Source of the DNA: Chrysomallon squamiferum
Lineage: Eukaryota > Animalia > Mollusca
DNA length: 64,000 nucleotides
Assembly (NCBI GenBank): GCA_012295275.1
Contig: CM022668.1
Location: 11,098,001 to 11,162,000, forward strand
Direction: 5' to 3'
Shown here: positions 42,127-55,786 of the stretch, piece after piece
Layout of the letters: every line of letters starts with the position of its first letter
Numbering within the stretch: the first letter of the stretch is position 1
Translations under genes and position numbers: made by a program
The notes under the pieces: model-generated
Seen by the model: only the letters and a program-made list of their open reading frames with translations
Told to the model about the DNA's origin: nothing
Databases searched by the model: none

Positions 42127-42879
42127 CTGATTGTTTTCTTTTTATTTTATTTATAAATGTTATCATTATATACATATATATATAATAACTATAAAGAACA
42201 AAATGAAAGAAAAGAAAAATAAACTACATACATTCATTATATGTTATTCACTATGGTAACTTTTCATTTATTTCTTTCTTTTCTTCCTATAAATTAAATA
42301 AGTTCTCTTTATTATTATTATTCTTGTTGTTGTTGTTTTTATTGCTTTTTGCTGTGTTTTATTTGTTTTATCTTGTTTTAGTGTCATATTTAAATTTTGC
42401 TCGTTTACATTTTTAAGTGTCAGCTTTGCGTAATTATGAGAGCAGTATTAATATAAGTAATAATTATACAAAAAGCTATATGTTTGTTTCAATATTTGTA
42501 TGTTTGTGTGAGTGCCTCATGCATGTATGTCTGGCTTACCTTTGTATGCACATGGGCATGTATATAAGCATACACATGTACATGCATTTATATATGTGTG
42601 TATGTATTGTATTTGAATATATTATTGTGTTACATTATTAACGAGAGTCTGTATATAAATAATGTTTATAAAATATACATTAGTTGATTACAAGTCCAAT
42701 GTATTCTACAATATAATTCTGAAACATTTTTAACAAGTTATTTAATAGCTTAGGGCAATCATAACGACTCGAGAAGCACAATGTCGTGCCTTCACATAGA
42801 TTGTATTCGTGAACACATTGGTAAACGAAGATCACTTCCATCATGCGTATCTGTGTATCTATCTATCTACCTATCTATC

Positions 42880-42917
<38 letters not shown>

Positions 42918-43308
42918 TGTTTTAATACTAATCAGATTGCTTTATTATTATGGTTCCAATGCTATCAAAAATATTTTCTTCGCTTGATAAGTTATTCTTT
43001 CATTCAGTCTATATAGTTATAAGAAAATCATTTCATATCTAATTTATTAATTTGTTTCTCATACAGTTTCTTCTTTCCGTTAATATGGAGTGACATGAAA
43101 TATAGTACCAGTATCAAATAACAATATTTTACCCAACCAGACATAAATTATAATAGTATACAAACATATAATATTTATTTATAATATGTGCGATGACGAT
43201 GGTGAAATTTTATGATGATGATGCCAAGATCATGATAATAACTAACAAACACACATATATACAGAAAAGTAAAACAGAATATTCATTCACATCACATACA
43301 TAAATAGA

Positions 43309-43374
<66 letters not shown>

Positions 43375-43443
43375 TCAATAAAATCATATAAAGGAACAGA
43401 ACGTGAAAATGGTTTTATTTTTGTTGGTTTTTGGAAATGTTGC

Positions 43444-43984
43444 TTAGGACATCCACCCTGTACTGTTACTATCACATCTGCTCCCTCCACTGCAAATGTT
43501 GTCTAAGACAAAAAAAAAAAAACAGCTCTAAAACACAACAAAACCCACTTGTCACATACAGAGATATCTTTAATTCGATATATTTTATCCAGGTATTATA
43601 TATCATATTTATTAAATTTTACTGGTGAAAATGGCGCAACCTGTACTAGGCAATATCTCTATTAGAAGCGGGTGACATATGTCCTAGCTTACGTTTAATT
43701 TGGGGATACCTTGGAGGACAAATGTCTCTGATTAGTGCGTATATCACTGAATATACTGATATTGTTTTCATATCTCGATATTGTAAATGTATTATGTTAT
43801 TTCCACCCTTTTAGTTATTCTGCTTACTGTTAAAATCAGTTATCGCTATGTTTTATTGCATTCATTTTGTATCTGTTTATCTTTATAAAATATCGGAACT
43901 GACTTTTATCCAGAATAAATTAGAAACACACACATACATACAAGAATACATGCCATTCAGTCCCACATACATACACACACACAC

Positions 43985-44068
<84 letters not shown>

Positions 44069-44462
44069 GTCTATCTATCTATATATTTGTATGTATGTAT
44101 GTAGTATATATGTGTGTGTGCGTGTGTGTGTGTGTGTGTCTGTGTAGATATATATATATAGACGCAACATGAACACACCTATATATACACGTGAGTATGT
44201 GTGTATAAACACAGACATACAAGAACATGAAGAAAGAAACAGTGATGATAAACTCAGGTAAAACAGAAAACTGAGAAATAAAAAAATCATAGAGAAAAAG
44301 ATCAACATACGAAACAGAACTGCTTCAATGTTAAACAATTGTCTATGTAATTTTTCTTTAAATCAGAAATTGACTTTACTGTAAATAATATATACACGAT
44401 TGTTTCATTTACTTTAATTTAGTTAGATCAGAATAAAATGTTGAAAGATTATATTATGACAC

Positions 44463-44497
<35 letters not shown>

Positions 44498-44671
44498 CAC
44501 ACGTATTCTTACCCATATATGTATGCATACCCATTTGTACATATTTTCGTATACGCATACACTCATCCATGCAGGCATACACAGACAAAATATGTGTAAA
44601 ATAAAGATTGCAGATTGTCTAGTTATTTTAAGCAGTTTTCCACACTTTCTAAGAAATGAAAGACTCGCCAT
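43444..44671 (-). CDS. Candidate small 3-exon gene or pseudogene (67 aa), unrelated to the array
   Basis: 44671-44581 (ATG..T|gtatg), 43746-43693 (ttcag|..C|gtaag), 43502-43444 (tcttag|..TAA) join in phase 1: MASLSFLRKCGKLLKITRQSAIFILHIFCLLIYALIRDICPPRYPQIKHNICSGGSRCDSNSTGWMS*. No homology support. Confidence 0.25.
43985..44080. repeat. (ATCT)n microsatellite (also 781-880)
   Basis: Direct reading. Confidence 0.95.
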
Positions 44672-45542
44672 TCTTTGATAGCACTGAAGATAAACACGCC
44701 TACAGAGACATTGTAGTAGTATTTAGCTGTATAATTTATAAACAGAATAATGTTCTTCAAATGCAAATAAACACAAAATAAATTTAGATTTCAACAATTA
44801 CTTTTAACTTAAAATGTTTTATTTGTTAACTGTACCTGATCAGAATAACCATAAGTGTTCATCACTTTGTAGTGAATTTTTCAATTGTTTTATTTTATTT
44901 TATTTGTCTTCAGTTGATTAACATGTGTTCGTGTCACTTTTGATTTTAACCCGTCTTAACATGGTAGTTCAGTGTTCAACAACTGAATTAGAAAAAATAA
45001 TCGATGTGTTTCTTCATAAACACAATGTGCCTAAGACTAAGTATATTGTTAAACAATTAAGTGGAAATTAATATTAATTGACTACATCTAATCAATGAGA
45101 TCAAGTGTCTGGTGACAAATGGCTGAAAATTTCAATTGATGGATGAGTTGAAAGAAACTTGTTCAGTAAATTTAGACAGTTAGACATTATGTACAAAACT
45201 CTCCAGTGTGGTGATCTTAATACATAAGAGAGCCAAGCTGACAGATGAAACAAAAAACACTTTTTCAACGCTGAATAAAAACACTGAATAAAAAGTCAGG
45301 AAAAAGTATTAAGTATCTCTATATAAGAAGATGAGTCTACGGTATAAATGTAGGTTTCTGTCGGTTAACAGCACAATAAAAATCGCTGAAGTGTAACGTA
45401 TTTGAATATACTGCATTATTAGCATTACTATTTTAATATACTGAAGCATAGTTTTGTTTTAATCAGTTGCATCATAGTCACTTTTGCATCTTCTTTCTGA
45501 AAATATTGTTCTTGTTTTTTGCTTTGTTTTGACTTGTAGTAG

Positions 45543-45742
45543 NNNNNNNNNNNNNNNNNNNNNNNNNNNNNNNNNNNNNNNNNNNNNNNNNNNNNNNNNN
45601 NNNNNNNNNNNNNNNNNNNNNNNNNNNNNNNNNNNNNNNNNNNNNNNNNNNNNNNNNNNNNNNNNNNNNNNNNNNNNNNNNNNNNNNNNNNNNNNNNNNN
45701 NNNNNNNNNNNNNNNNNNNNNNNNNNNNNNNNNNNNNNNNNN
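45543..45742. other. Assembly gap (200 N)
   Basis: Run of N. Confidence 1.
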
Positions 45743-45747
45743 TTCAT

Positions 45748-46486
45748 TGACGTGTATTGCGAACTGTTTTCACGGCGGCACATTCACAAGAAGTAACTGT
45801 AGCTGTTCCTGTACTGGAAAGTGAGGAGGAAAATCATGTTGTATGTGTATTTGAGTGACTAGCTGAGTTTTTGTTTTCTTTTCTAACGTGAAAAAAAATA
45901 ATATATATACGAAACTAAAACAAAACCCATCACTTCTAGATAGAACAATATATTTGATTGAAGTGTATTTTCAACTAGACAGTTGCTGAATATTTTATAA
46001 TTGAATTTTATTTTACTAGGTTTTGCATTCATTCTTTATTAATAATAAAGTAAGCCGATCAGCTTTTGAATCATTTAGAAAAACATTAACATAGGTAGAA
46101 AAAAAATATTTCAGAATGAGTAAAGTTTGCAAATATCCAGTGTTCTTAAACCGCAATGTTTGAGTTTAGTTTTATCACAAATGACTCACTTAAGGATTTA
46201 CGTCATACTCAGTTTATCTTATTCACATGTTTACTTGTTGAATGTCAGATATTATTATCAGCATGGATTCGATGCCATTACCTGTGGGGAAAAATATAAT
46301 GATGATGGTGATGATGATGATAATAAGAATAATGATAATAAAAATCAGTATGAAAAATAAAATGGTAACATCAAATAAAAATATATTTATTTGGGAGGCA
46401 GAGTTTGGTGTTGAATAATCTTCCCAGTAGATTATTTCTGAATCTTCTTCTCACTCTATCAGGCATGTTCTTTGCCCTTTGATTAA

Positions 46487-46557
<71 letters not shown>

Positions 46558-47773
46558 ATACAAAAATAAATAAATAAATAAATTATATTGTATATCACAG
46601 GTGATTGTAAACAACGATGTGAAAATGAAGGTTCGTTGAATACCATAACTTGTACTTGTACTTGCCCAAAAAATTACTATGGAGAAAATTGTGAGCAAAG
46701 TAAGAATCAGCTAACCTGTTAGAAAAGCTAACGTGTTTTGGAGTTCATGGTTTTATTTTTGCTGTATAAGATGTGTATTAGTGCCCAAATGCAGAAGTAC
46801 ATGCTTATTATATTATTATAAATGTCTGCTGCGAAGGGTAGTAGTAGTTGAGATAAAGAAAGTGCAACCTGTCATTTGTACCAAAGAAAAGGCATAGAAG
46901 TGCATCTCAAAACCTGAGTCATTGAAAAGTTGTGAATGAGAACATAGGCAAACGCTATGTAGTTCAAACTGGTGATTGTGTCGACATGACGTGTGTTTGA
47001 AATATCAAGTTTTATCACAAGTAAATATTTGATCTCCATATCACCAATAATGTTAAAACAGGAGAAAGAAAAGAATAAGTGTAAAAAATAAGGTGAGTTC
47101 ACATTATTATGATTATGTAAAAGGGTCTGAAGTGGAATATACCCTGTTACATATTGTTTAATTTTTATTTTATTACAGTTTATGATATGATCCAATTTCT
47201 CTCCCAGACAATGCTTTCTTTTCAAGGACTCACAGAGTTCAAGCGACTTACTACAATCAGAAAAATTTAAAATGTAGAAACAGTAACACATTTTAAAAAT
47301 TGTGAGTTTGTGTTTTTTGTCACTAATGCAGCTATTAAACGTTTATTACTAATACTTTCAAACACTTTTTACATCTTACTTATGAAAACGATAACATGAC
47401 ACTGTGTTATACGTATTGTTATTTAATGTTTCGTTTCATTAACAGGCTGTGAAGAACAAGTTCAAAGTTACGTGAAAGAAATAATAAGAGATAAATGTGT
47501 AGCTGATCCTTCATTGTGGTTGTAGAAAAACCTGCGACATGTGTCACCTAGGTATGTTCATGTGTGTGTGTCTCCGTTTATGTCTAAATCATTACAAAAT
47601 TATATTGTATAAAAATAAGATATTTAGCATGCTTGAAGTCAGCTGGTACTTTGACATATACATAACGACGAGATAGCAACAAAAACTAGCAAAACAATAG
47701 GATCACACAGGTTGTAATAATCATCTCTTTGTGCTAACAGTGATAAAAATATCTTTTTACTTTAACTGATTTG

Positions 47774-47829
<56 letters not shown>

Positions 47830-47990
47830 TTCTTAGTTAAAGGACCATGTCTAAACAGAAACAAGCATTTGAGTGAACATTTGTACAGACATGCTTCTTT
47901 AGAGGCCTTACACATGTTTTGTGATCAACGTCAGAACAATGAATATCTACATCTCTGTTGTTGAGCGAAGTAAAATACTTACTTTTTCAG
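45748..47990 (+). pseudogene. Copy E: D-type pseudogene, 5' end hidden by gap
   Basis: Inverted near-copy of D: EGF 45748-45840 (TGA), EGF 46601-46699, ShK1 47446-47551 (same 5-nt deletion), ShK2 47837-47990 (KGPCLNRNKHLSEHLYRHASLEALHMFCDQRQNNEYLHLCC*); putative 3' exon from 48213. Confidence 0.78.
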
Positions 47991-48449
47991 GTATTTATTA
48001 TTTTACATAAAATACAAAATTATTATATTATGTACACAACATATATCATAGGAAAAATATTTATAAGATAATTAGGTTATTATCAATTTTAATTTTTATC
48101 ACATAATAATTTTATTGACTAACAACTGAAATTATAAAATGTTACTGCTTTGAAAACATATCTTTTTCTCTATTTTACTGATGTCACCTTAGTCACTCTT
48201 TTGTTATTTCAGATGTGGCCAACTCAGAAACATTTTACTTTTCTGCTGAAACAAGCGAAAATCGGTTTAACATCTTAAAAATAAAAATAAATATAATACT
48301 TAATCTTCGTTTTTGTTTCATTCTTGTAATTATTTTTTCCGTTTGTTTTGACTTTATTTCAGTCTGTTCTTCCATTACAGTTCTTTTTTACCTACAAAGG
48401 TAATCAGACACATACATACTTCCATTTGATCTTTTCTTTCCTTCGCTGT

Positions 48450-49310
48450 TTGCTACACCTAAAGGCCAGCAGTGAATACGAACGATACTGTACTGTACTG
48501 TGTAGATCCGTTCTTGTACCATACTGCTTCTAATGGAGAATTGTTGTAGTTACCCAGAAGTCTCCCTTAGCTGCTGTAGGTTTATGCAGTTTCGGATGAC
48601 ATGCACAATCGCTTGTTCTGTTTTTCCACAAGGGCACATGGAAGAGGATATCAGCTGGATCCTCTTTTGCACATGTTGGTTGAGCCTGTTGTGTTTATTC
48701 GGAAAATAATGACTTGTTCACGACGGGATAGCATGTGCTAGTCATCGGTTTGTTTGCCAGGTCTACAGGGAAATTGAACAGGGGATATCTTCTGTCCATC
48801 TGCCACACAGTTATCCTCCTGTTCATTACCTGCAACTGGTTTTGCAGGTCTGTCTTCATTCTCATTTCCAGCTATATCACTGTGAGGTCGGCTTTATTGT
48901 AACACGACTTAGTTCAAACTACTGATAGGTGCAGCCGTTTTGAAAGTCTGTCTAGCTTTTGTTTTCAACAGCCTGGATGACAACGATGACATGTGTGAGC
49001 AATTCTCCCTGGATCTGACGACGTTGGCAGCGTAAATGAAAGTCTCAACCTCTGCAGCATACTCTGTGCAATAGTTCTCTCTACACGAAGATGTGCCACC
49101 TCTCGGTAGCCACTAGTGTCTATGATGTATATTCCTGCCCTTCCGTTTTACACTGCATTTGTCGTTGATCCATTAGTATACGCTTGTGCCATTATGTCTA
49201 TGGGTACTTTTCATCAATCATAGTTAGTGTCAGATCTCGATTTTTTGGTTTGCTATGTTCGTCGCAACATAACTTTCATGCTATGTTAGCCATCTGCCTT
49301 TCGGTTATGA
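48450..49310 (-). mobile_element. RNase H-type LINE 3' fragment (inverted copy of 1090-2030)
   Basis: Reverse complement of the 1090-2030 element. Confidence 0.65.
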
Positions 49311-50676
49311 GATAAGACTTGGTCCACTTGTACGTTTATCATATATATTTCTTTTAATTATTATTATTTTTTTACTTTTCTTTTTCTTTTTTCTTTTCTG
49401 TTTTTTCCCCCATCTTTCCTAACAGGAGACCCTTGCTACTATTTTATTGTTATTGTATTTATTGCTGTTGTTGTTATTGTCATTTTCAGATAGAAATCAA
49501 AATCTATATTCTATATATAGATAGATAGAGAGACAGATAGTTAGAATGATAGATAGATAGACAGATAGAAAGAGATAGATACAGTCTAGATAGATACTTT
49601 ACAAAACATTTTAGTCAGATAGCCAGCAGATAGACTCTTGATAGATCGAATAGATAGAAATAAGGTAGATACAGTCTAGGTGAATTGGAACTTTACAATA
49701 TATTTGTATCAATCGCCAGTTTAATGGACTCTTACTCAAGGGGGACGACTCTTGTCTCTGATCGAATATGGATACGCATAACGTAGTAATGACGTCATAC
49801 AGAAGTTCTGAGTGGATGAAGCTAGACGGAATTTGCATATGAACAGATTTTGGTTACTGTTATGTCTTAAGTTTCAGATTGGTTGCCTTGCAGGTTTTTG
49901 GCCATCTGTTTTTTCCAGTTATCAGTAAACATTTCGATCAAATTTTCCTAACGAAAATAACAAAAATGGCTACAGAAGAAATGTTATTATATAGCTGCAC
50001 ATTTTGTTTTTGATTTTAAAACAATGTTTCTTCAGGCCAAATACCGAACACTGTCCATGAATTACACGAAATATGAACAAGAAATGACTCATGACTTATT
50101 CTGCACATGCATATTCATACTTATATTCATATTCTCGTTAATAATGTTACACAAATATATTCAAATACAACACAAACATAGATATATATATATAGATAGA
50201 TAGATACGTGAACATGTAAATCTATATATACATCTTAGTCACATACAAAAGTAAAAACAAGCATATAAGCAGGTATGCACACCACACACACACACATATA
50301 CACATATAACACACACCTATGTCTAACAGAATTAAATTTTTGTATCATTATTACTTATACTATTACTACTCTTGTCACTACGCAAAGTGGAATTTAAGAA
50401 TATAAACGTGCAAAATTAATAAATAAATAAATAAATAAATAATAAATATCCTAAAGCAATAACAATAATAATAACAACAATAACAATGATGATGATAATA
50501 ATAATAATAATAAATTATTTAGTTTAAAGAAAGAAAAGAAAGGTAGAAAGAAAATGTTACCATAGAAAATGTTGTATAATGAATCCTATATAACTCAGTG
50601 TATATAATTACTTCCTTTCTTTTTTCTTTTCTCTCATTTTTTATCTTTACACCCACACACGCACACACACACACAG

Positions 50677-50707
<31 letters not shown>

Positions 50708-51344
50708 TATATATGGCAGGAAGTCAATCTGCCATTAGACGTCTTAATTTTTCTTGTATATTTTCCTATTTAAATATTTCCCTTATATACTATTTTTATT
50801 AATTAATATTTTTCTTGCATTATTATTTTGTTTTATCATTTTATTTACTGACAGTTATAAATTTATTTCTAAACCTGCAACGTTGAGACATATGCGTTTA
50901 ATATAACACCCTTGACAATATATTAATAGTAATAGTAATTAATAATACCAGTACTAGCAGTAGTAGTTGTATAATTGTAATGGTAGTAGTAGTAGTAGTA
51001 CAAATATCAGTAGTACTAGTGGTACTACTAATACTATTACTACTACGACACTACTACTAATAATAAAAATACTAATCATAATAAAATCCCATAGAAATTG
51101 ATGATAATACGTATGAGTGAAAGTGTACTTGTTTACTTATTCATTCATCATCCATTTATTCATTCAGTCGTTCATTTATGTACACATTTATTTGTTTATT
51201 TTATTTTGTTTTATTTTATTTAATTTAAGTACTTATTTATTATAAAATCGTTATGACTAGTAGCATTAGTAGTAGCACTAGTGGTAGTAATTGTTGTATT
51301 AACAGTATGTGTAGTAGTAGTGTTCTTGTTGTAGTAGTTGATAT

Positions 51345-51712
51345 TTCTTTTTATAAAAATAATGAAATTAGTTCAAGAGCGTATGTGTTTTACTTGAGAT
51401 CTCACACAGGATCTTTATACACTGCATTACCCATATTTCAGATATGGTTATATACAGAACAGATATTCTTAACAAAAATAAAAAATAGTAATATACCAAT
51501 GATTGAAACGAAAACAGTAATAATAAATATTCATTTGTTTACTGTTTAGTAAGTAATTTAGAGGTTTTTTCTCTCCCTCTAAGCTAAGTTACTGAACTTA
51601 GTCAAAAGTTACTGAAAATTACGTATAATTTGAAACATAATAAAAAAATACGTGTAGATTTATCAAAAGCGTGTTCTATGACACTTTTCTCGTTGTCTGT
51701 CCTTGCACCATA
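51345..51712 (-). pseudogene. Copy F remnant: A-type ShK2 exon fragment and 3' UTR exon
   Basis: Minus strand TGCAAGGACAGACAACGAGAAAAGTGT...GAACACGCTTTTGAT (CKDRQREKC..EHAFD) at ~51650-51710 and ATATCTGAAATATGGGTAATGCAG at ~51420-51445; an A-like 3' flank continues to ~50100. Confidence 0.6.
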
Positions 51713-51799
51713 TGCGTAGTACAGTGAAGAAAAGTGTTTTAGAAATAAGCATGTATATTTCAGTGTATGTGTGTGTGTGTGTGTGAGTATTTATATTTG

Positions 51800-51918
<119 letters not shown>

Positions 51919-53112
51919 CCGCTTTACTGATAAAACAAAAATGGACTGAAAATATTAGTTTTATGATTTTGTATAGAGATATTCAATTCGTAAGAGCCCT
52001 TTAATATGTGTTTTTATTAAAACCATATAGGAAGTTAAGAACTATTTTAAATCCAGTTATAAATAACATTTTAAATTGTGAACATGAAAAAAATCTATGT
52101 TACACACTGAGCATTATTATCCCGATAATGTTACATGTTTTACTATTTTAGTGACTGTGTATATTATTCAGTATTGAAGTGCACACGTGTTTTTCTGGTA
52201 CTAGCTTTCGAAATCCCACATTTATCATCTAGGTACGTCTACATCTACAGCTTATACTTCTATTGTTACAGTGAAACATCGGATGGTTTTAAAGGGGGGG
52301 CATGGTATATAGTACGTTTTAGTTTCCTCTTTGTGTCCATGTTCAATACTAATATAAAGTCACAGATGTTTATAATCTAGTGTATTTGTGACATTTCTAG
52401 CAATTAATATTAGCCTGTTTATTTTCTATAATTATATTTGCATTTTTTACTCATAGGTCATGAACAACAGAGGTGAAACTCAGTATGATAGAACAGCTGT
52501 TCTCAGTGTTTAATTTATTTTTTAGGATTGAAATGAATAAATGTCAAATTACCTTTGTCATTCGTGGAGATTTCACATTAACTCTCTATTAGTGAAAATA
52601 TCATTTTAGTAAACAAATTAATCAGACGAAAACGGAAATTGTATTAGTAGTAGTCCTACAACAATTTTGTAATTATAGTAATAACATCTCAAAAACTAAA
52701 AAGAAAATTATTATTACATACTATTACTTTTTAATCAGTTATTTTTATTGAAATAAATTTATTTTGCCTTCAGAAATAATAGTTACGTTTTTCTTAAAAT
52801 ATAGCTCAGTCATGTAATTTATTAATTTGATACTTTTGGTACTGTTTGGTACCGCACGTTCAGTTTCTCTTTGCGTTTTCAGTGATAATGAAGGAAACAG
52901 TAGATTTCTTTCTAAAAAGTGAATCAATAACTGCAACAAACAATAAAGCTTTAAGAATATGAAAATACAAGAAGACCGTTTGGGACAAAAACATAATATG
53001 TCCTTTCGTCAACTGAAGTTTTCTTTTGATTTATGAAATGATGTTCATATTCATATATTTATTTCTTTATTTCAAAATCTATCATCATTGTAATTATTAT
53101 CATAATTATACA

Positions 53113-53147
<35 letters not shown>

Positions 53148-53838
53148 CTATGTTGTTATTGTTGTTTTGTTATTATTATCATTACTATTTGCTCTTTTTT
53201 TAATTTCTTACTTATATTAGAATTACAAAATACAAAAAAGATATATCTCCTTGTGATCTATCAAAAAAGTTGTTTGTTAGAAGTGGTTGATGCTGACCAG
53301 TTTGTGCATCACCGTAGCAGCAAATGTTGTAATCTTTCAGCAGTTTCACCATATTAAATGAAAAAATGAAACACTTTAAGTTTTGCTTATATAAACGAAA
53401 CAGTCTACAAAATAAAAAAATAAAGAAACTAAACTAAACTAAACTAAACAAACCATTTAACTAATTTACTTATTAACTAACTAAGTAACTAAATAACTAC
53501 ATAACTATATAAATAAATTAATAGGACGAAACAGAAAATATTGTTATTTTCTCTTTCTATTTATTTCTTATATTAGAATCACAGGACACAAACACGTGTC
53601 TTTTCATCGTCTAATAAACTCAGCGTGACAGAACAGCTGTACTAGGTTGTATACAAACATACATACATATTCATATCTTGGTAAGTGTCTGTGTTTGTAT
53701 AAATTGGAAATATGAACAACCAATCACATTTCAACGTTCGTAAACTCCACGAATACATATAAATAAAATTGTTTTGATTGACATTCAAATCTGTTCAAAT
53801 AATGCAGTCTGATTTTACCAATTTTATTTACAATAACC

Positions 53839-55748
53839 ATGAATCAGAAGGACATTGTATTACACATTTTCTTGGTGGGATGTTTCCTTCTGGTGTCGTC
53901 TGCGATTGAAAGAGTCTCCAGCAGTAAGATTTCCTTTTCCTTTTATTTCTCTTTAAACAGGAGAAACATTTTTGTTGTTCTTGTTGTCATTCCTTTATTA
54001 AAATAGCACTAAGATTTCATTTATGTGTTTTACTTAAGGTATTATTTTTCTTGCTGTTTGTATTTAAGCAGAATAAACTGTTTATTTGTTTTCGTATTTT
54101 GTTTAGAAAAATGTAAAACATCGTTCATTTGTTCTAATATTTTATTTCGACAGTGATACATTTTTCAGTATTAAATATTAAATAGTGTTTATTTGTTTAA
54201 GGTCGTATTTAAATAAATGTAAAACTGTTTATTTCTTCTCAAATTTTATTTAGACAGTAAAACTGATACTTTTTTATCATCTGTTATTTATTATTAAATA
54301 GTAAATACTGTTATTTTTTACGGTCTTATTTAAATAAAGTGAAACATTGTTTTCTTATTTTAATACTTTATTTAGACAATAAACACTTTTTCATATTGAT
54401 TGTGATATTGAATAGCGAGTAGCGTATAACTTTTTATTACTTTTAGTGTTTTATTTAAATAAATGTTTGTTATCTTGTTTTATTTAAATATCATCACTTT
54501 TCATTTGTTTCATTCCTTTATTTAAACAACAGTATAATATTGTTTAGTAGTCCAGTGTTGTTTAAACAACAGTAAATCTGTTTATTTGTTTTATGTTTTA
54601 TTTAAATAACACTAAAATATTGTTTATTTATTATCTTGATTTTTTTAAAACACCGTTTATTATGTTTGTTTGTTTGTTGTTGTTGTTGTTATTTTTTTTT
54701 TTGTTTTTTGTTGTTGTTTTTTATATATATATATATTCTGTGTTTCTCCAGATATACCTGGTTGTGAATACATCGTCATTCCACACAGATACGGATATGA
54801 TCTCTATCTAGAAATTGAGAGGACTATACATATAAAGACTGTAGAAAGCTGTGTGACACACAAAACGGATATAATAACAAACCGTGTACTGCAGTAGAAT
54901 ATTATAACGGCTGGTGTTATTTGTATTCTTCTGCTTACCCTTTCAGATATGACTCTGCTTCCATGATGTTCGTAAAAGTGTGCGATAACGGTAAGAAAAT
55001 GTGTTTTTAAAATATTCCTTCAATATTAAATGCTAATTTACGTCTTCTATTGATTTGTTCTTCTTTTAGGAACAGAAGTTTCCAAAGTGCTACAAGAATT
55101 ATCAAATATACTAACAATCTTATTTTATTGTTCTAACCTGTGATGCTAGAAATATTAATCAGATGAGAGGACTGGACGTAGAAGAGTTTATATATGATTA
55201 TATTTATCTCAAACAATTGTAATCAGTTATAATTAAAAAGATTTGCATAACTGTTTATGTTTCTTTCTTTCTTCTTCATCTGTCACCGATTAATTTTTAA
55301 AACTCGTTATGTTTATTTTTAAAAATCTATCTTTATTTTAAATATTTTAGAAATAAAACAAGAACATTGTCTCTCTGTAGGCAGTGAGCAAAAATAACAC
55401 TATTTTTGCTAAGGAAAATATATATATATTTTTTTAAACATACTTTTTTTTTGCAATCTGTTTCAGGTACATGTGGATCACCATGTGCAAACGGCGCCAC
55501 TGTAAACTTTGATAACTGTACTTGTTCTTGTTTGGACAATTGGGAAGACACTCTCTGTGGTAAATTTTGTTTTGTTATTATTATTTGGAAACATATTTGA
55601 ATGAATGATAACTGTTCAGAATAAAACATTAAATCAATATGTAAATTCAGCATGCTGCACAAAATGAGAAGTGTTAACATTCGTACTGAAAGTGATGAGA
55701 TAGAAGAACCTAGTTGACACCTTTACCTACTTTTGGTTTTAGATTAGC

Positions 55749-55786
<38 letters not shown>

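Larger units (their letters stand above)
31496..43310 (+). repeat. Segmental duplication unit 2 (contains copy B)
   Basis: Colinear with 9987-21130; has ~1 kb extra at ~33170-34250. Confidence 0.85.
45743..51590 (-). repeat. Inverted duplication of window 1-4700
   Basis: 45743-50070 is the reverse complement of ~228-4700, and ~51340-51590 of ~1-205; ~1.3 kb between them is absent from the first copy. Confidence 0.85.

Noticed and set aside
42781-42845. MSCLHIDCIREHIGKRR as an amidated peptide precursor
   Set aside because: No signal peptide, runs into microsatellite, and is frameshifted after GKRR in the copy at ~61633.
45478-45783. ORFs containing X runs
   Set aside because: They span the N gap.
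46950-47092. Ig-like (VVQTGDCVDMTC) or SEA-like reading of the D/E extra exons
   Set aside because: Lacks the Ig Trp and DxGxYxC motifs; the PAN interpretation explains more residues.
52135-52380. 81-aa ORF and nearby splice-like signals
   Set aside because: No motif, no consistent exon chain and no second copy.
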